Source of the DNA: Patescibacteria group bacterium
Lineage (GTDB): Bacteria; Patescibacteriota; Dojkabacteria; JAKAPS01
Length of the DNA: 64,000 bases
Reading direction: 5' to 3'
Assembly (NCBI GenBank): GCA_025450075.1
Contig: JANWIC010000003.1
Coordinates: 32,800 to 96,799 of the forward strand
Below the pieces are notes generated by a model that saw only the letters and a list, made by a program, of their open reading frames with translations, searched no databases and was not told where the DNA came from. A program made the position numbers and the translations under genes. Shown in pieces: positions 42,048 through 51,856 of the stretch (its first letter is position 1; each line of letters starts with the position of its first letter).

Positions 42048-42076
42048 ATGGGAAATTAAGTCAATGAATTGCCGGA
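42048..42076 (-). promoter_or_regulatory. Consensus sigma70 promoter on the minus strand (TTGACT-N17-TATAAT) driving the tRNA-Thr/tRNA-Thr/rpmG/tRNA-Trp/secE/nusG/rplKAJL transcription unit
   Basis: The reverse complement of 42071-42076 is TTGACT, the spacer is 17 nt, and the reverse complement of 42048-42053 is TATAAT. It lies about 29 nt upstream of the first tRNA. Confidence 0.55.
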
Positions 42077-42258
42077 TTCTACTCGTATTTAAGCGAATCC
42101 TGCTGAAAACAACAGGTGGAATTGCTCATAATATACCCCTCAGGATAATTAGATCTTGCATTTCCGAAAATTTGAATGTTCAGAATATTTTTAAATACTT
42201 TGTTCATCCGGCACCTACATAATACACTATTTCGTCATGTTTTAAAAGTACTTTTCTG

Positions 42259-42903
42259 TTAAGGGAGCAGGAGAGTAGATAAGGATGTTATGATTGGGCT
42301 AAGGATAAATGAAATTGCCGATTGCCCGTTAATAAGAGGAAGGAATGCTAATAGAAGTAAAATAATAATATAACCTTCAGAAAATTGGGCTATTTTATAT
42401 TGTATAGAGTAGGGAAGGAATGGGCGATAAATGTTACTCCCATCAAGTGGAGGAAAGGGGAGCAAATTAAATACTGCCAACCCAATATTAATAGTTACCA
42501 TTACTTCTAAAAATACCCCTAGATTGAAGACAACAGGGCTTGAGTCTGGAGCAAGTAAAAGCAGCCTAAGTAGTAATGATGCTAGAATAGCAGTTAATAT
42601 ATTCGAAATAGGCCCTGCAATTGCTACTAAAAGATTATCTGTTTTTGGTTTATGCATATTATTAGGGTTTATTGGTACTGGTTTTCCCCAACCGAAGTTT
42701 GTAAAAAGCATCATAAGAAATCCAAAAGGTTCAAAATGGGAGATTGGATTAAGGGTGAGTCTTCCATAATCCTTTGCGGTACTGTCTCCTCGAAAATATG
42801 CGATGAGTGCATGGCTGCATTCATGAATACTCACACTGATAATTAGTGCAATAAATACAAGAAGAGCATAAAATAATCCAAAAGTCGGTATATTTAATAT
42901 CAT
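42259..42903 (-). CDS. Site-2 protease family (peptidase M50) membrane metalloprotease
   Basis: HExxH (HECSHAL) sits in a TM helix and an LDG motif (PPLDGS) in a later helix. 214 aa. Confidence 0.6.
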   Translation of the reverse strand: MILNIPTFGLFYALLVFIALIISVSIHECSHALIAYFRGDSTAKDYGRLTLNPISHFEPFGFLMMLFTNFGWGKPVPINPNNMHKPKTDNLLVAIAGPISNILTAILASLLLRLLLLAPDSSPVVFNLGVFLEVMVTINIGLAVFNLLPFPPLDGSNIYRPFLPYSIQYKIAQFSEGYIIILLLLAFLPLINGQSAISFILSPIITSLSTLLLP

Positions 42904-42959
42904 ATGGCTTGAAAAAAAGTCTGTGATAATGTATCATACGGCAGTCACTAGAAATAATT

Positions 42960-43169
42960 ATGGCAAATATTTGTGAAATATGCAAAAAAGGAACTATGAC
43001 GGGTCGTCATATTAAGCATAAGCAAACTGGAGGTTGGGCTCTAAAAGCTCCACGTACCAATAGAAAGCTTTCACCAAATCTACGGACTATTAAAGTAGCG
43101 TATGAAAAAGGTGGAACAGAAAAGGTAAAAGTTTGCATGAAATGCTATAAGCGTCTACAAGCAGCCTAG
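42960..43169 (+). CDS. rpmB: 50S ribosomal protein L28
   Basis: ICEICKKGTMTGRHIKHKQTG and RKLSPNLRTIKV match L28 conserved blocks. Confidence 0.75.
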   Translation: MANICEICKKGTMTGRHIKHKQTGGWALKAPRTNRKLSPNLRTIKVAYEKGGTEKVKVCMKCYKRLQAA

Positions 43170-43195
43170 AAGCCTCGTTGAAGCTCACCCCTTAC

Positions 43196-45232
43196 TCAAA
43201 GTAGATCAAATGGATCGATATTTATACTTACACCTGCGGGACGTGGGAGTCGGTTTATAATTGTAATCGCTTTTTCAAAATTTTCATTTTCAATTCCAAT
43301 CCGAGATGGGGTATGTTTTGATTTATCTCCTCCAAATGTCATAATTTTGATCTTAATTGTACTTTGAAAAAAGTATGTATTATTTACTTTGGAAAGGAAG
43401 CATTTTGAGGGTCCAAGCAAACTAAAGCTATGGTTGCCAATCGTCTCTGTTAGGTTTTTTACTAAAGCATTTGTAAGTGTTTTTATGGAGTTAAATGCTT
43501 TCGTCTCGTTACTATCTTTCGCTATTACCTGTATAAGGTTAACAAATGGCGGGTATTCAAGCTTTTCTCTTAATTGTACCTCTTGTTCATAAAAATTTCT
43601 GTAATTATTCTTCAGTGCTGTAAGTAAGATTGGGTTTTGGGGATTATATGTTTGAATAACACTTGTACCTGGTTTGTCACCTCTGCCTGCCCTGCCTGAA
43701 AGTTGAGTAATAAGCTGGTATACCCGTTCTGAGGTTCTATAGGAAGGGAAGAGGAGGTCTGAATCTAGGAGGAGATATCCTGTAAGGCTAACGTTTGAAA
43801 TATCCCAACCCTTTGTAATCATTTGTGTTCCTATGAGGATACCTGCTTCCTTATTTTCAAATGACTTAAAGATTTTTTCATGCGATCCTTTTTTACTTGT
43901 CGTGTCTTTATCCATTACAATTGCGTTTGTATTGGGAAAAAGTCTTTGTGTCTCATGCAGTATTGCTTGGGTCCCATACCCAGTTCCTTTTAGAAATCTG
44001 CTCCCGCAGGTTGAACATTTTTCAGGTATTTGCTTGGTAAAGAAACAGTAGTGACAGACAAGGATAAACTTATCCTTTTTCTTGTGAAGGGTTAGTGGCA
44101 TATTGCATTTCGGACAGTTTTCATAATTACCACAATTAGTACAAAGCAGACCACTTCGAAGTCCTCTCCTGTTTAAGTAAAGGATAACCTGTTCACTTTT
44201 GTTGAGCGTAGATTCAACCTGTTGTAGCAACTCTTTTGATATGATCGAGTAATTATTTTTATCTGTTTTCTCTTTTGCATCAATCACTATTGTCTTTGGA
44301 AGAGTTCCTTTAATTCTATCCGGAAGTTCAATAAGGGAGATTGATCCATGAAGGCAATCGTAATATTGTTCAATAAGTGGAGTTGCACTACCAAGAACCA
44401 GAATAAGATTATCTCTCCGGGCAATATATTTTGCTAATTCAATTGCGTTATACTTTGGATTTTTATCTTGTTTATAACTTTGTTCATGACATTCATCAAT
44501 AATAATTGCCCCTAAATTATGAAATGGAGAAAGTATGGCACTTCTTGATCCTATGATGACTGACTTGGTACCTTCCTGTATTTGCTTCCAGGTCTTTGCT
44601 CGTATAGTATTGCTTACCCTGCTATGGACAATAGCAAGTTCATCTCCTCCAAACCGCATGCTAAATCGTTCTATGAGTTGAGGAGTAAGTGATATTTCAG
44701 GAACCAGGAATAGTACCTGTTTTCCTTCTTGTATACAATTGGCTGCGATATGTAGGTAAACTTCTGTTTTTCCGCTTCCTGTTATACCATGCAAAAGAAA
44801 TATCATGTCAGTTTTTTTGCTCTGAATTGTCTTAACAGCTTGTTGCTGTTTTGGTGTAAGGATTGGAGGTTTATCTCGAACAGTCGAAGAAGGGATGACT
44901 TTGGATTCTCTTTTATTTTCGTTCCGAGGTAAAAGTGCTTGGATACACTCATAAAAATTACAAGAATAGCGAATACTTAACCATTCAGCAATATCTAACG
45001 ATGATGGTGGTAATACCGGTGCAGATGGAGATATGGTTATTATATCTTTTGTTTTAAATGTGGGTTTCTTATTGATAATGGCAAAAATTACCCCTTCTGT
45101 TTGCCTTTTCCCGAATGAAACAGTAACTTGTCTTCCTGGTATTGCCAAATAAGCAAGTTCCTGGGGAATACGATACGTATATGTTTTTCCGATCGAGGGA
45201 ATATTCGTTTTTACGATTATTTCTGCATACAT
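43196..45232 (-). CDS. priA: Primosomal protein N-prime (replication restart helicase PriA)
   Basis: Walker A GITGSGKTEV, DExH (IIDECHE), the Cys-rich zinc-binding region CTNCGNYENCPKC...CHYC, and a C-terminal domain. Confidence 0.9.
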   Translation of the reverse strand: MYAEIIVKTNIPSIGKTYTYRIPQELAYLAIPGRQVTVSFGKRQTEGVIFAIINKKPTFKTKDIITISPSAPVLPPSSLDIAEWLSIRYSCNFYECIQALLPRNENKRESKVIPSSTVRDKPPILTPKQQQAVKTIQSKKTDMIFLLHGITGSGKTEVYLHIAANCIQEGKQVLFLVPEISLTPQLIERFSMRFGGDELAIVHSRVSNTIRAKTWKQIQEGTKSVIIGSRSAILSPFHNLGAIIIDECHEQSYKQDKNPKYNAIELAKYIARRDNLILVLGSATPLIEQYYDCLHGSISLIELPDRIKGTLPKTIVIDAKEKTDKNNYSIISKELLQQVESTLNKSEQVILYLNRRGLRSGLLCTNCGNYENCPKCNMPLTLHKKKDKFILVCHYCFFTKQIPEKCSTCGSRFLKGTGYGTQAILHETQRLFPNTNAIVMDKDTTSKKGSHEKIFKSFENKEAGILIGTQMITKGWDISNVSLTGYLLLDSDLLFPSYRTSERVYQLITQLSGRAGRGDKPGTSVIQTYNPQNPILLTALKNNYRNFYEQEVQLREKLEYPPFVNLIQVIAKDSNETKAFNSIKTLTNALVKNLTETIGNHSFSLLGPSKCFLSKVNNTYFFQSTIKIKIMTFGGDKSKHTPSRIGIENENFEKAITIINRLPRPAGVSINIDPFDLL

Positions 45233-45256
45233 AAGACGAGTATATACCTGAGGGTT

Positions 45257-46120
45257 CTATATTTCCACTTTGGAAAGTTTCTTTTGTATCACATAGATGG
45301 AAAAAAGTATTTCAACTAAACCAAGGGTTAAAAGAAACAATAGTGCAAAAGAAGGAAATGAAGAAAGGTTTTCGGGATAGATGAAGTAGGGAAAATGAAT
45401 TCCAAGAAGCCCAAACCATACCAAAATAAATTGTACAAGAGAGAAAATTGCCATTTGTCTCTTATTCCCTTTTAATGAATATCTGCTGAAAAGGAGCATA
45501 GATATGATAAAAATAAAGAATATGAATATATCCGGAATTGTTGTAAGTAATGTATATGGCAAAAACTTGAGAAGTACCACTGGTAAGGCTAGAAAAAAAA
45601 GCAATTGGAATAGGTGTGATTCATGAATCATTGTAGCAAGTGATTCTGATGTATGCATTGCAATATAGGCAAATACAATAGAACTCATACTAATTGCGCT
45701 AGTCAGCATGAAGGTAGATAAAAAAATATCTACCATGATATATACCAATCCCGAAGGAGAAATATATGAAACGAGAAGGGAAGGAATTGATAATAGGCAA
45801 CTTGCATTTATAAAAAGATAAAGCAGTTTCTTTGCAAAGTTATCATTTTTGCCTAAATGTATAAATCTTAAAATCAAAAAGAAGAAGGCAAAAAATACAA
45901 GAACTAAATTCCTATGGAAATAAATAAGGGGTAACGCTAAAAAAAGTGTGGCACTCCAGGTCCATAGCTGACGTGTATATACAGGTATACGATAATAGGG
46001 TGATGGTCCGGGTAATAGTTTTGGGAACGTACAATAAACAGCTGTGCTGTACTCGAGTGTTGCTAGCAATAAAAGGATAACAAATACTGCTGCAAAAATG
46101 CTGGATAAAAATAGTAACAT
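45257..46120 (-). CDS. Hypothetical polytopic membrane protein
   Basis: 287 aa with about 8 hydrophobic helices and no recognised motifs. Confidence 0.45.
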   Translation of the reverse strand: MLLFLSSIFAAVFVILLLLATLEYSTAVYCTFPKLLPGPSPYYRIPVYTRQLWTWSATLFLALPLIYFHRNLVLVFFAFFFLILRFIHLGKNDNFAKKLLYLFINASCLLSIPSLLVSYISPSGLVYIMVDIFLSTFMLTSAISMSSIVFAYIAMHTSESLATMIHESHLFQLLFFLALPVVLLKFLPYTLLTTIPDIFIFFIFIISMLLFSRYSLKGNKRQMAIFSLVQFILVWFGLLGIHFPYFIYPENLSSFPSFALLFLLTLGLVEILFSIYVIQKKLSKVEI

Positions 46121-46256
46121 AGGCGTAATCTATTAAAGTATATCGGGTCAATAAGATATTTACAATATTACATATTCTTATAAGAATTATTATGGTAACA
46201 AAACTCCTTCTATCATAGAAAATATGCTACAATAGCAATGCATTAAATCAAGATCG

Positions 46257-47312
46257 ATGAATGTTTTTAATTCGGTATGGGGAGTATTTTCACATGATAT
46301 TGGTATCGATCTGGGAACGGCAAATACCCTGGTTTCAGTAAAGGGACAGGGGGTTCTCATTTCAGAGCCTTCAGTTGTAGCTGTAAATAAAAAAACAGGT
46401 GAAATATTAGCTGTCGGGAGTGAAGCGCGCCGGATGGTTGGACGTACACCAGCACATGTCGTGGCAATAAGGCCTCTTCGTGATGGAGTAATTTCTGATT
46501 TTGAATCAACGAAAGAAATGATTCAATATTTCATTCAAAAGGTACATTCGCAATCATCAAAGTTTTTTAAGATTCCTCGACCTCGCGTTGTTATAGGAAT
46601 TCCTTCATCTGTTACCGAAGTTGAGAAACGGGCTGTTGTTGATGCAGCGATTCAAGCTGGAGCTCGTAAAGCATATATCATTGAAGAACCCATGGCTGCA
46701 GCTATTGGAGCTGGTCTTCCGGTTACAGAGGCAACTGGAAGCATGATTGTTGATATTGGTGGGGGAACTACAGATATAGCTGTTATGTCTTTAGGTGGAA
46801 TTGTTGTAGATAAATCACTTCGTGTTGCAGGAGATGAGATGGATCAAGATATTGTAAATTATGTTCGACATAAATATAACATGCTCATAGGTGATAAGAC
46901 AGCTGAGGATATAAAGATATCAATTGGATCGGCTTTCCCTTCAAAAGAAAATAAAGCTGTGGAGCTTCGTGGCCGTGACCTATTACAAGGACTTCCGAAA
47001 TTTATTAATATAACCAGTTCTGAGATCCGGGAAGCGATTATGAATTCATTAAATATAATAATAGAATCAATTAAAGATGCAATAGAAGAAACTCCTCCTG
47101 AACTGTTATCTGATATCGCTGATCAAGGAATTGTTATTGCTGGTGGTGGAGCGTTGATACCGGGTATAGATAAGCTCATTGCTGATAGAGTTCGTATGCC
47201 GGTACGTATAGCCCAGGATCCTCTTACCTGTGTGGTACGGGGAACTGAGATCGTTATAGAGGATATTGACTTACTCTCAAAAGTTGAAGTGAATAAAGAT
47301 GAATTTGAATAA
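46257..47312 (+). CDS. mreB: Rod shape-determining protein MreB (canonical copy, in an operon with mreC and mreD)
   Basis: IGIDLGTANT, DIGGGTTDIA. 351 aa. Followed by mreC and mreD. Confidence 0.95.
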   Translation: MNVFNSVWGVFSHDIGIDLGTANTLVSVKGQGVLISEPSVVAVNKKTGEILAVGSEARRMVGRTPAHVVAIRPLRDGVISDFESTKEMIQYFIQKVHSQSSKFFKIPRPRVVIGIPSSVTEVEKRAVVDAAIQAGARKAYIIEEPMAAAIGAGLPVTEATGSMIVDIGGGTTDIAVMSLGGIVVDKSLRVAGDEMDQDIVNYVRHKYNMLIGDKTAEDIKISIGSAFPSKENKAVELRGRDLLQGLPKFINITSSEIREAIMNSLNIIIESIKDAIEETPPELLSDIADQGIVIAGGGALIPGIDKLIADRVRMPVRIAQDPLTCVVRGTEIVIEDIDLLSKVEVNKDEFE

Positions 47313-48114
47313 TGAAAAATATAAACAACAGATTATTCCTCTTATTATTTATCTCTTTTTGAGTTTTGTCCTTGTCTCCTTATCTATGGTCCGCTTCTTT
47401 GATCCAATTTATTTAATTACCGATGCGCTGACTAAAAATTTGCGATCTAGCCTCTATGTTACAGGTGTTGATTTGGCGAATACATTTACATATATAGGTA
47501 ATTCAAATACATTAATTCAGGATAACAAAAAACTAAAGCAGGAGCTGTATTCGCTTCATTCAATTCAAGCACAAAATTATCTTTTAACGAATGAAAATAA
47601 AGCATTATCTGAACAACTTGGAACGATGGTAAAAAGTTCTAACGTTACTCCTGTAATGGCAGAAATTATTTCTACCACAACTACTTCTGATTATATTACG
47701 ATTGGAGTAGGTGGAAATGAGGGTGTTGCGAACAATAATATTGTAGTATACAAGAATATTCTTTTAGGCATAGTTACCGATGTTCGACCTGAAAGTTCAG
47801 TAGTCCAATTAGTAAGTAGCAAAGACAGTTCAGTTCCCGTGAGTGTAAGTGGAAGCCAGGTGCAAGGCATTCTTACAGGATCAGTGGAATCCGGACTTAT
47901 CATTAATGATATATTACCGGATGAGACAGTTGATCAAAATGCTATGGTCCTTACATCTTCATTAGGTGGAGGATTATATCCTTCAGGATTACTTGTTGGA
48001 TATATCTCATCTATACAACCTGTAACAAGCCAACCATTTAAAATAGCTCAAGTAAAACCAGCTGTTGATATTTCAACAATTGATTATTTATTCGTTTTAA
48101 AAAACAAATCATGA
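47299..48114 (+). CDS. mreC: Rod shape-determining protein MreC
   Basis: N-terminal TM helix, a coiled coil and a Ser/Val-rich beta domain. It overlaps the mreB stop by 14 nt. Confidence 0.8.
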   Translation: MNLNNEKYKQQIIPLIIYLFLSFVLVSLSMVRFFDPIYLITDALTKNLRSSLYVTGVDLANTFTYIGNSNTLIQDNKKLKQELYSLHSIQAQNYLLTNENKALSEQLGTMVKSSNVTPVMAEIISTTTTSDYITIGVGGNEGVANNNIVVYKNILLGIVTDVRPESSVVQLVSSKDSSVPVSVSGSQVQGILTGSVESGLIINDILPDETVDQNAMVLTSSLGGGLYPSGLLVGYISSIQPVTSQPFKIAQVKPAVDISTIDYLFVLKNKS

Positions 48115-48602
48115 AGTATGTAACAGGAACAATTCTAATAGTGGCATTATGTATTATCTATACATCTTTTTTAACAGGTCTTCGATTTATTTTTCCCTGG
48201 TTTAATGTGGTATATGTCTGCTTATTTGCTTATTATATTTCAAGAGAATCTAAATTATCATTATACCTTTTTTTTATAGGGGGGATATTTTTAGATATAT
48301 TTACCATCAGTCAGGTTGGGTTTACCAGTGCAAACTTTTTCATCAGTCTCTTGATTTATGCTCTTCTTACAAGAATATTCCCTGCAGAAAGAAGCGGTAA
48401 GCTTTTATCACTTCTGGTTTCCAGCACGTGTTTTTATCTAATCTCTTATATCACCTTAAATTTCATAACAAACCATGGCATAGCAGGTCTTTTGTTATAC
48501 ATCCCATGGGGTATTGCAAGTGCATTATGCATATTTTTCCTTTCATTTACGATTTCGTTTCTTTTCCCGGTCAATCATGAGAGAAAGATCAGTATCGGTT
48601 AA
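48111..48602 (+). CDS. mreD: Rod shape-determining protein MreD
   Basis: Small 163-aa membrane protein with 4-5 TM helices, overlapping the mreC stop. Confidence 0.7.
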   Translation: MKYVTGTILIVALCIIYTSFLTGLRFIFPWFNVVYVCLFAYYISRESKLSLYLFFIGGIFLDIFTISQVGFTSANFFISLLIYALLTRIFPAERSGKLLSLLVSSTCFYLISYITLNFITNHGIAGLLLYIPWGIASALCIFFLSFTISFLFPVNHERKISIG

Positions 48603-49792
48603 ACCAGATAAGGAAGATAGTTGTTGAGATTTATTATATGTTTTCCGCTTTCCGGATATGTATTTTCAAACCCTTTTGAAAAGCTTTCTTTATAAACATC
48701 GATTGAAAAACCTTCTAATTTTGTATCTTTTTCGAGCACAAGTGCAACTTCTGATCCTTGAGTTGTTTTCCAGTAATGGAATTTGTATCGGAGAGAATAG
48801 TAAGCATTTAACTTTTTTATCTCAGCGATAATAAAGTTAGCAAATATTTTATTGAAGTCAGTTCGCATGGTTACGGGTCGAAAATCATTTAACAATGCAT
48901 TTCGAATACCTAGATCATAAAAATATATTATTTCATATTTACTGATTTCATCCTCCCGTTCTTTTGTATATGGAGAAAGTGTGAAAATGATATAGCTTTT
49001 TTCAAGAATCTGGATATAGTCAGTTATTGTTTGTCTTGCAATACCAAGCCTTTTTGATAGATCAGAAATATTGATAGGTTGTCCGATAAATGAGGCAAGA
49101 AGTTTTAATAATTCCACTAATCCTGAGGTGTTTTTGACTAAGTTAAGGTAGAAAATATCCTTTAGAATTACAGCATCAACAAGTTCTTGAAGATAACTTT
49201 CTGCCTGAGTATTTACAACTCCGGGATAAAGTCCAATTCTCATCCGTTCATACGCTTCCTCTGTAAGAGTGTGTGCTGTTATATCATCATAGGAGAAAGT
49301 AGTAGAAAGAGGAAATTGATGGATACCATCTTCATGAACTAGATTCCGTTGCACTAAATATTCTTGAAACGACAGTGGAAAAAGATTAAGCGTAGTCTTT
49401 CTTCCTGCAAGACTTTCCGAAGTCTTTTTCCGGATATCTAGAGTAGCTGAACCTGTAAGGATTACTTTTACATTTTCAATTTCATCATAAAATATCTTTG
49501 CTGCAAGTCCGGGATCCTTTAATCGCTGTGCTTCATCTAGAATGAGGATGATCTTATCATGTTCATTGTGAAATGAAGAAAGTTGTGAATTTATGTATGA
49601 TCGGTATTTGGCGATAGATAAGCTGTCAAAGAAATCTCTATATACTTTATCATCCAAATCTATATATATAGCTCGTTCTTTTAAAAGATTTTTTAATAGT
49701 GTCGTTTTCCCGACTTGCCTGGGACCTAAAAGAATTAATACTTCTTTGGAATCAATGTTTTTTACAATTGTTTGAGAAAGAGATCGATACAC
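48599..49792 (-). CDS. AAA+ ATPase of the DUF4143 / COG1373 family
   Basis: P-loop GPRQVGKTTLL and a Walker B ILILDEAQ. A C-terminal DUF4143-like region is typical of this family. 397 aa. Confidence 0.65.
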   Translation of the reverse strand: MYRSLSQTIVKNIDSKEVLILLGPRQVGKTTLLKNLLKERAIYIDLDDKVYRDFFDSLSIAKYRSYINSQLSSFHNEHDKIILILDEAQRLKDPGLAAKIFYDEIENVKVILTGSATLDIRKKTSESLAGRKTTLNLFPLSFQEYLVQRNLVHEDGIHQFPLSTTFSYDDITAHTLTEEAYERMRIGLYPGVVNTQAESYLQELVDAVILKDIFYLNLVKNTSGLVELLKLLASFIGQPINISDLSKRLGIARQTITDYIQILEKSYIIFTLSPYTKEREDEISKYEIIYFYDLGIRNALLNDFRPVTMRTDFNKIFANFIIAEIKKLNAYYSLRYKFHYWKTTQGSEVALVLEKDTKLEGFSIDVYKESFSKGFENTYPESGKHIINLNNYLPYLV

Positions 49793-49920
49793 AGTATTAC
49801 AAATAATGTACCATTGCTGTACAGTCAGTGTACAGATTCTATACAGAAGATGTCAAATTCTGCAGTTTTGCGTATTCCAATTGGCTATGGTATATTTATT
49901 TAAATTTCAAACCCAATAAT

Positions 49921-50310
49921 ATGAAAAAAAACGTAATGTTTCTTATTCTTCCTATTGCTTTGTTAGTTATATCTGTTGGAACTTTTGTTGGGCTTGGAAT
50001 ACAAAGTCACTTGGTAGGCAGTAGCGCACATGTTATTAATGGCTTTACTACTGAAACAGCACTTGTATATGAAAGCAAGGCTTGCATATACGGCAGGCAA
50101 TATAAAGTTATCAATGGTTTTATCCAAGCAATTAGCTCCAGGTATGGTGTCACCATTCAGGATATCTATCGAAGCCGTGACGGCTATTATGCTCAATTAT
50201 CCTCACCAATTCCATCCAACGATCATGTTGGAAGCAGGGTAACTATACTTGGAACTTGTTCTGAACAACCAAGAAGTGGTCTTTGGATGAATAACGCAGC
50301 ATTGTTTTAA
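49921..50310 (+). CDS. Hypothetical secreted/exported protein (signal-peptide-like N-terminus)
   Basis: MKKNVMFLILPIALLVISVGTFVG is a cleavable-signal-like start. The ORF is open upstream to 49828, but the internal Met is more plausible. Confidence 0.45.
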   Translation: MKKNVMFLILPIALLVISVGTFVGLGIQSHLVGSSAHVINGFTTETALVYESKACIYGRQYKVINGFIQAISSRYGVTIQDIYRSRDGYYAQLSSPIPSNDHVGSRVTILGTCSEQPRSGLWMNNAALF

Positions 50311-50358
50311 TTGCCGAGTAATTTCTATAAGAGTTTTTGTCTTTTAAATAGAATCGTT

Positions 50359-50799
50359 CTATTTCTCTGAAGCTTTTGGATATTTTCTTAAATAATTGGT
50401 TATTACCAAGAAAATTATAAATACTATTACCCATATTACAGGGTATGAAATAGTTAATAGATTATACCGCTGCAAAGCAATTAATATAAGTGTCATCTTG
50501 ATAATCGTTAAATAGTAACTTGGCAAAGATTCTGAATATGGATCATGAATTGTTTTTCTAAATGTTGGAGCAAATGATATGACTTCAGCAGATGTAACGA
50601 TTGCAAGTGAAACAAATGGAACGCTATGAAAAAACGCATAGGAAAGAACTCCAATTATAGAGAGAGCCAGACAGACTTTATCAAAGAATATAATATCTTT
50701 TGTTCCAAATCTAAAGCAATAAAATAGAATTACGCCATCAACAATTGAGCTTAATATTGTTGGTAACGTACCAATTCCTGCTCCACCAATTAGTTGCAA
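50359..50799 (-). CDS. Hypothetical membrane protein, probably the 3-prime part of a frameshifted gene that starts near 50950
   Basis: 146-aa ORF with 4 TM helices. An upstream 40-codon ORF (MIYTFKILASSIATAIAVFAYLPYLIDMFKGKNRPHLYTG) in another frame ends at about 50829 and reads as its N-terminus. Confidence 0.4.
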   Translation of the reverse strand: MQLIGGAGIGTLPTILSSIVDGVILFYCFRFGTKDIIFFDKVCLALSIIGVLSYAFFHSVPFVSLAIVTSAEVISFAPTFRKTIHDPYSESLPSYYLTIIKMTLILIALQRYNLLTISYPVIWVIVFIIFLVITNYLRKYPKASEK

Positions 50800-51073
50800 A
50801 TATGCAACAACGGATGTTACAAGAAAGTAACTTACCCAGTATAAAGATGGGGTCTATTTTTCCCTTTGAACATATCTATAAGGTAGGGAAGATATGCGAA
50901 AACTGCAATTGCAGTAGCTATTGATGATGCCAAAATTTTAAAAGTATAAATCATTTGAAAAACTAATCAATTTGAAAGATTATATCAATATTTTGAAGTA
51001 TTGTAATGGTTATCCAAGGGCATATTGGGTTTCTGCTGAATAGGATTTATAATAGGATTATTAAGAAAAACCC

Positions 51074-51574
51074 ATGATAGGGATTCTCATCATTTTAATA
51101 GCTTATCTTTTGTTTGTATTTGTTATCTTGCGGCTTTTTGTTCCGAATCTCGGTTTTAAAAAATCTCCATTAACTTCCTCAATCCCAGAAGATCTTGAAA
51201 ATCAGATTAAAAAAATGAATATGCAAGCAAAAGATGACTTGGATTTTCTTCGACAAACATATGAATATATTACGGGAAGGTATTATGGAAGAAGGGTAGA
51301 AACAATTCTTATGTTTTGGTATGCCTTTGAAACGGTTTTAGAATACAAACCCGGATATTTGCCTTGTACTTCACTGAATTATTTAATCAGGATTTTCCTT
51401 ATTAAAAGTGGAAGGTTTACTGAGGATGATATTAAGATTAAGACAGTACCATTAAATCTTTTTATCCATCAATATTTGGAAGTGAAAGTAAATGGAGAAT
51501 GGATTTTTATTGATCCTTGGTCAGCACATCTAGGGATCCCTTTTGGAAAGCATTCATTTTTATTTGCCTTATAA
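51074..51574 (+). CDS. Hypothetical protein with an N-terminal TM helix
   Basis: 166-aa ORF with no recognised motifs. Confidence 0.4.
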   Translation: MIGILIILIAYLLFVFVILRLFVPNLGFKKSPLTSSIPEDLENQIKKMNMQAKDDLDFLRQTYEYITGRYYGRRVETILMFWYAFETVLEYKPGYLPCTSLNYLIRIFLIKSGRFTEDDIKIKTVPLNLFIHQYLEVKVNGEWIFIDPWSAHLGIPFGKHSFLFAL

Positions 51575-51582
51575 ACTTTCTG

Positions 51583-51846
51583 TTGACTTTTTACCAAGGA
51601 GTATTATAATGAGGAAAACAATGATGGAGTGGCATGGGCTCCGGAGTTGCAAGTGAAAACCCGTAAGGGACAAGTAGCTGTCGCCGCAAAAGATGCGTCA
51701 ATTCTTAGCTGGTTTGATGACCAGTCACAAAGATTGTTGTAGTAATACAACAATGAATATAAGGTGGCACCACGATCTTTATCGTCCTTATATAGTCATA
51801 TACAATATGTGTATGTCTATAAAAGGACTTTTTTTATTTTATCTTT
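51583..51846 (+). promoter_or_regulatory. Putative T-box riboswitch leader (Trp specifier) with its own promoter (TTGACT-N16-TATAAT) and a terminator/antiterminator, upstream of trpS
   Basis: Promoter at 51583-51588 / 51605-51610. A UGG-containing stem-loop (GGAGTGGCATGGGCTCC) is a candidate specifier. A T-box-like sequence AATATAAGGTGGCACCACGA is at 51757-51774. A 12-bp hairpin (GTCCTTATATAG...CTATAAAAGGAC) followed by TTTTTTTATTTT ends 10 nt before the trpS start codon. Confidence 0.5.
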
Positions 51847-51856
51847 CTAAATTTGT

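Noticed and set aside
49828-49920. Extended start of the secreted protein at 49828
   Set aside because: The internal Met at 49921 gives a canonical signal peptide (MKKNVMFLILPIALLV...). The upstream extension is Tyr/Trp-rich with no signal-like features. The evidence is weak either way.
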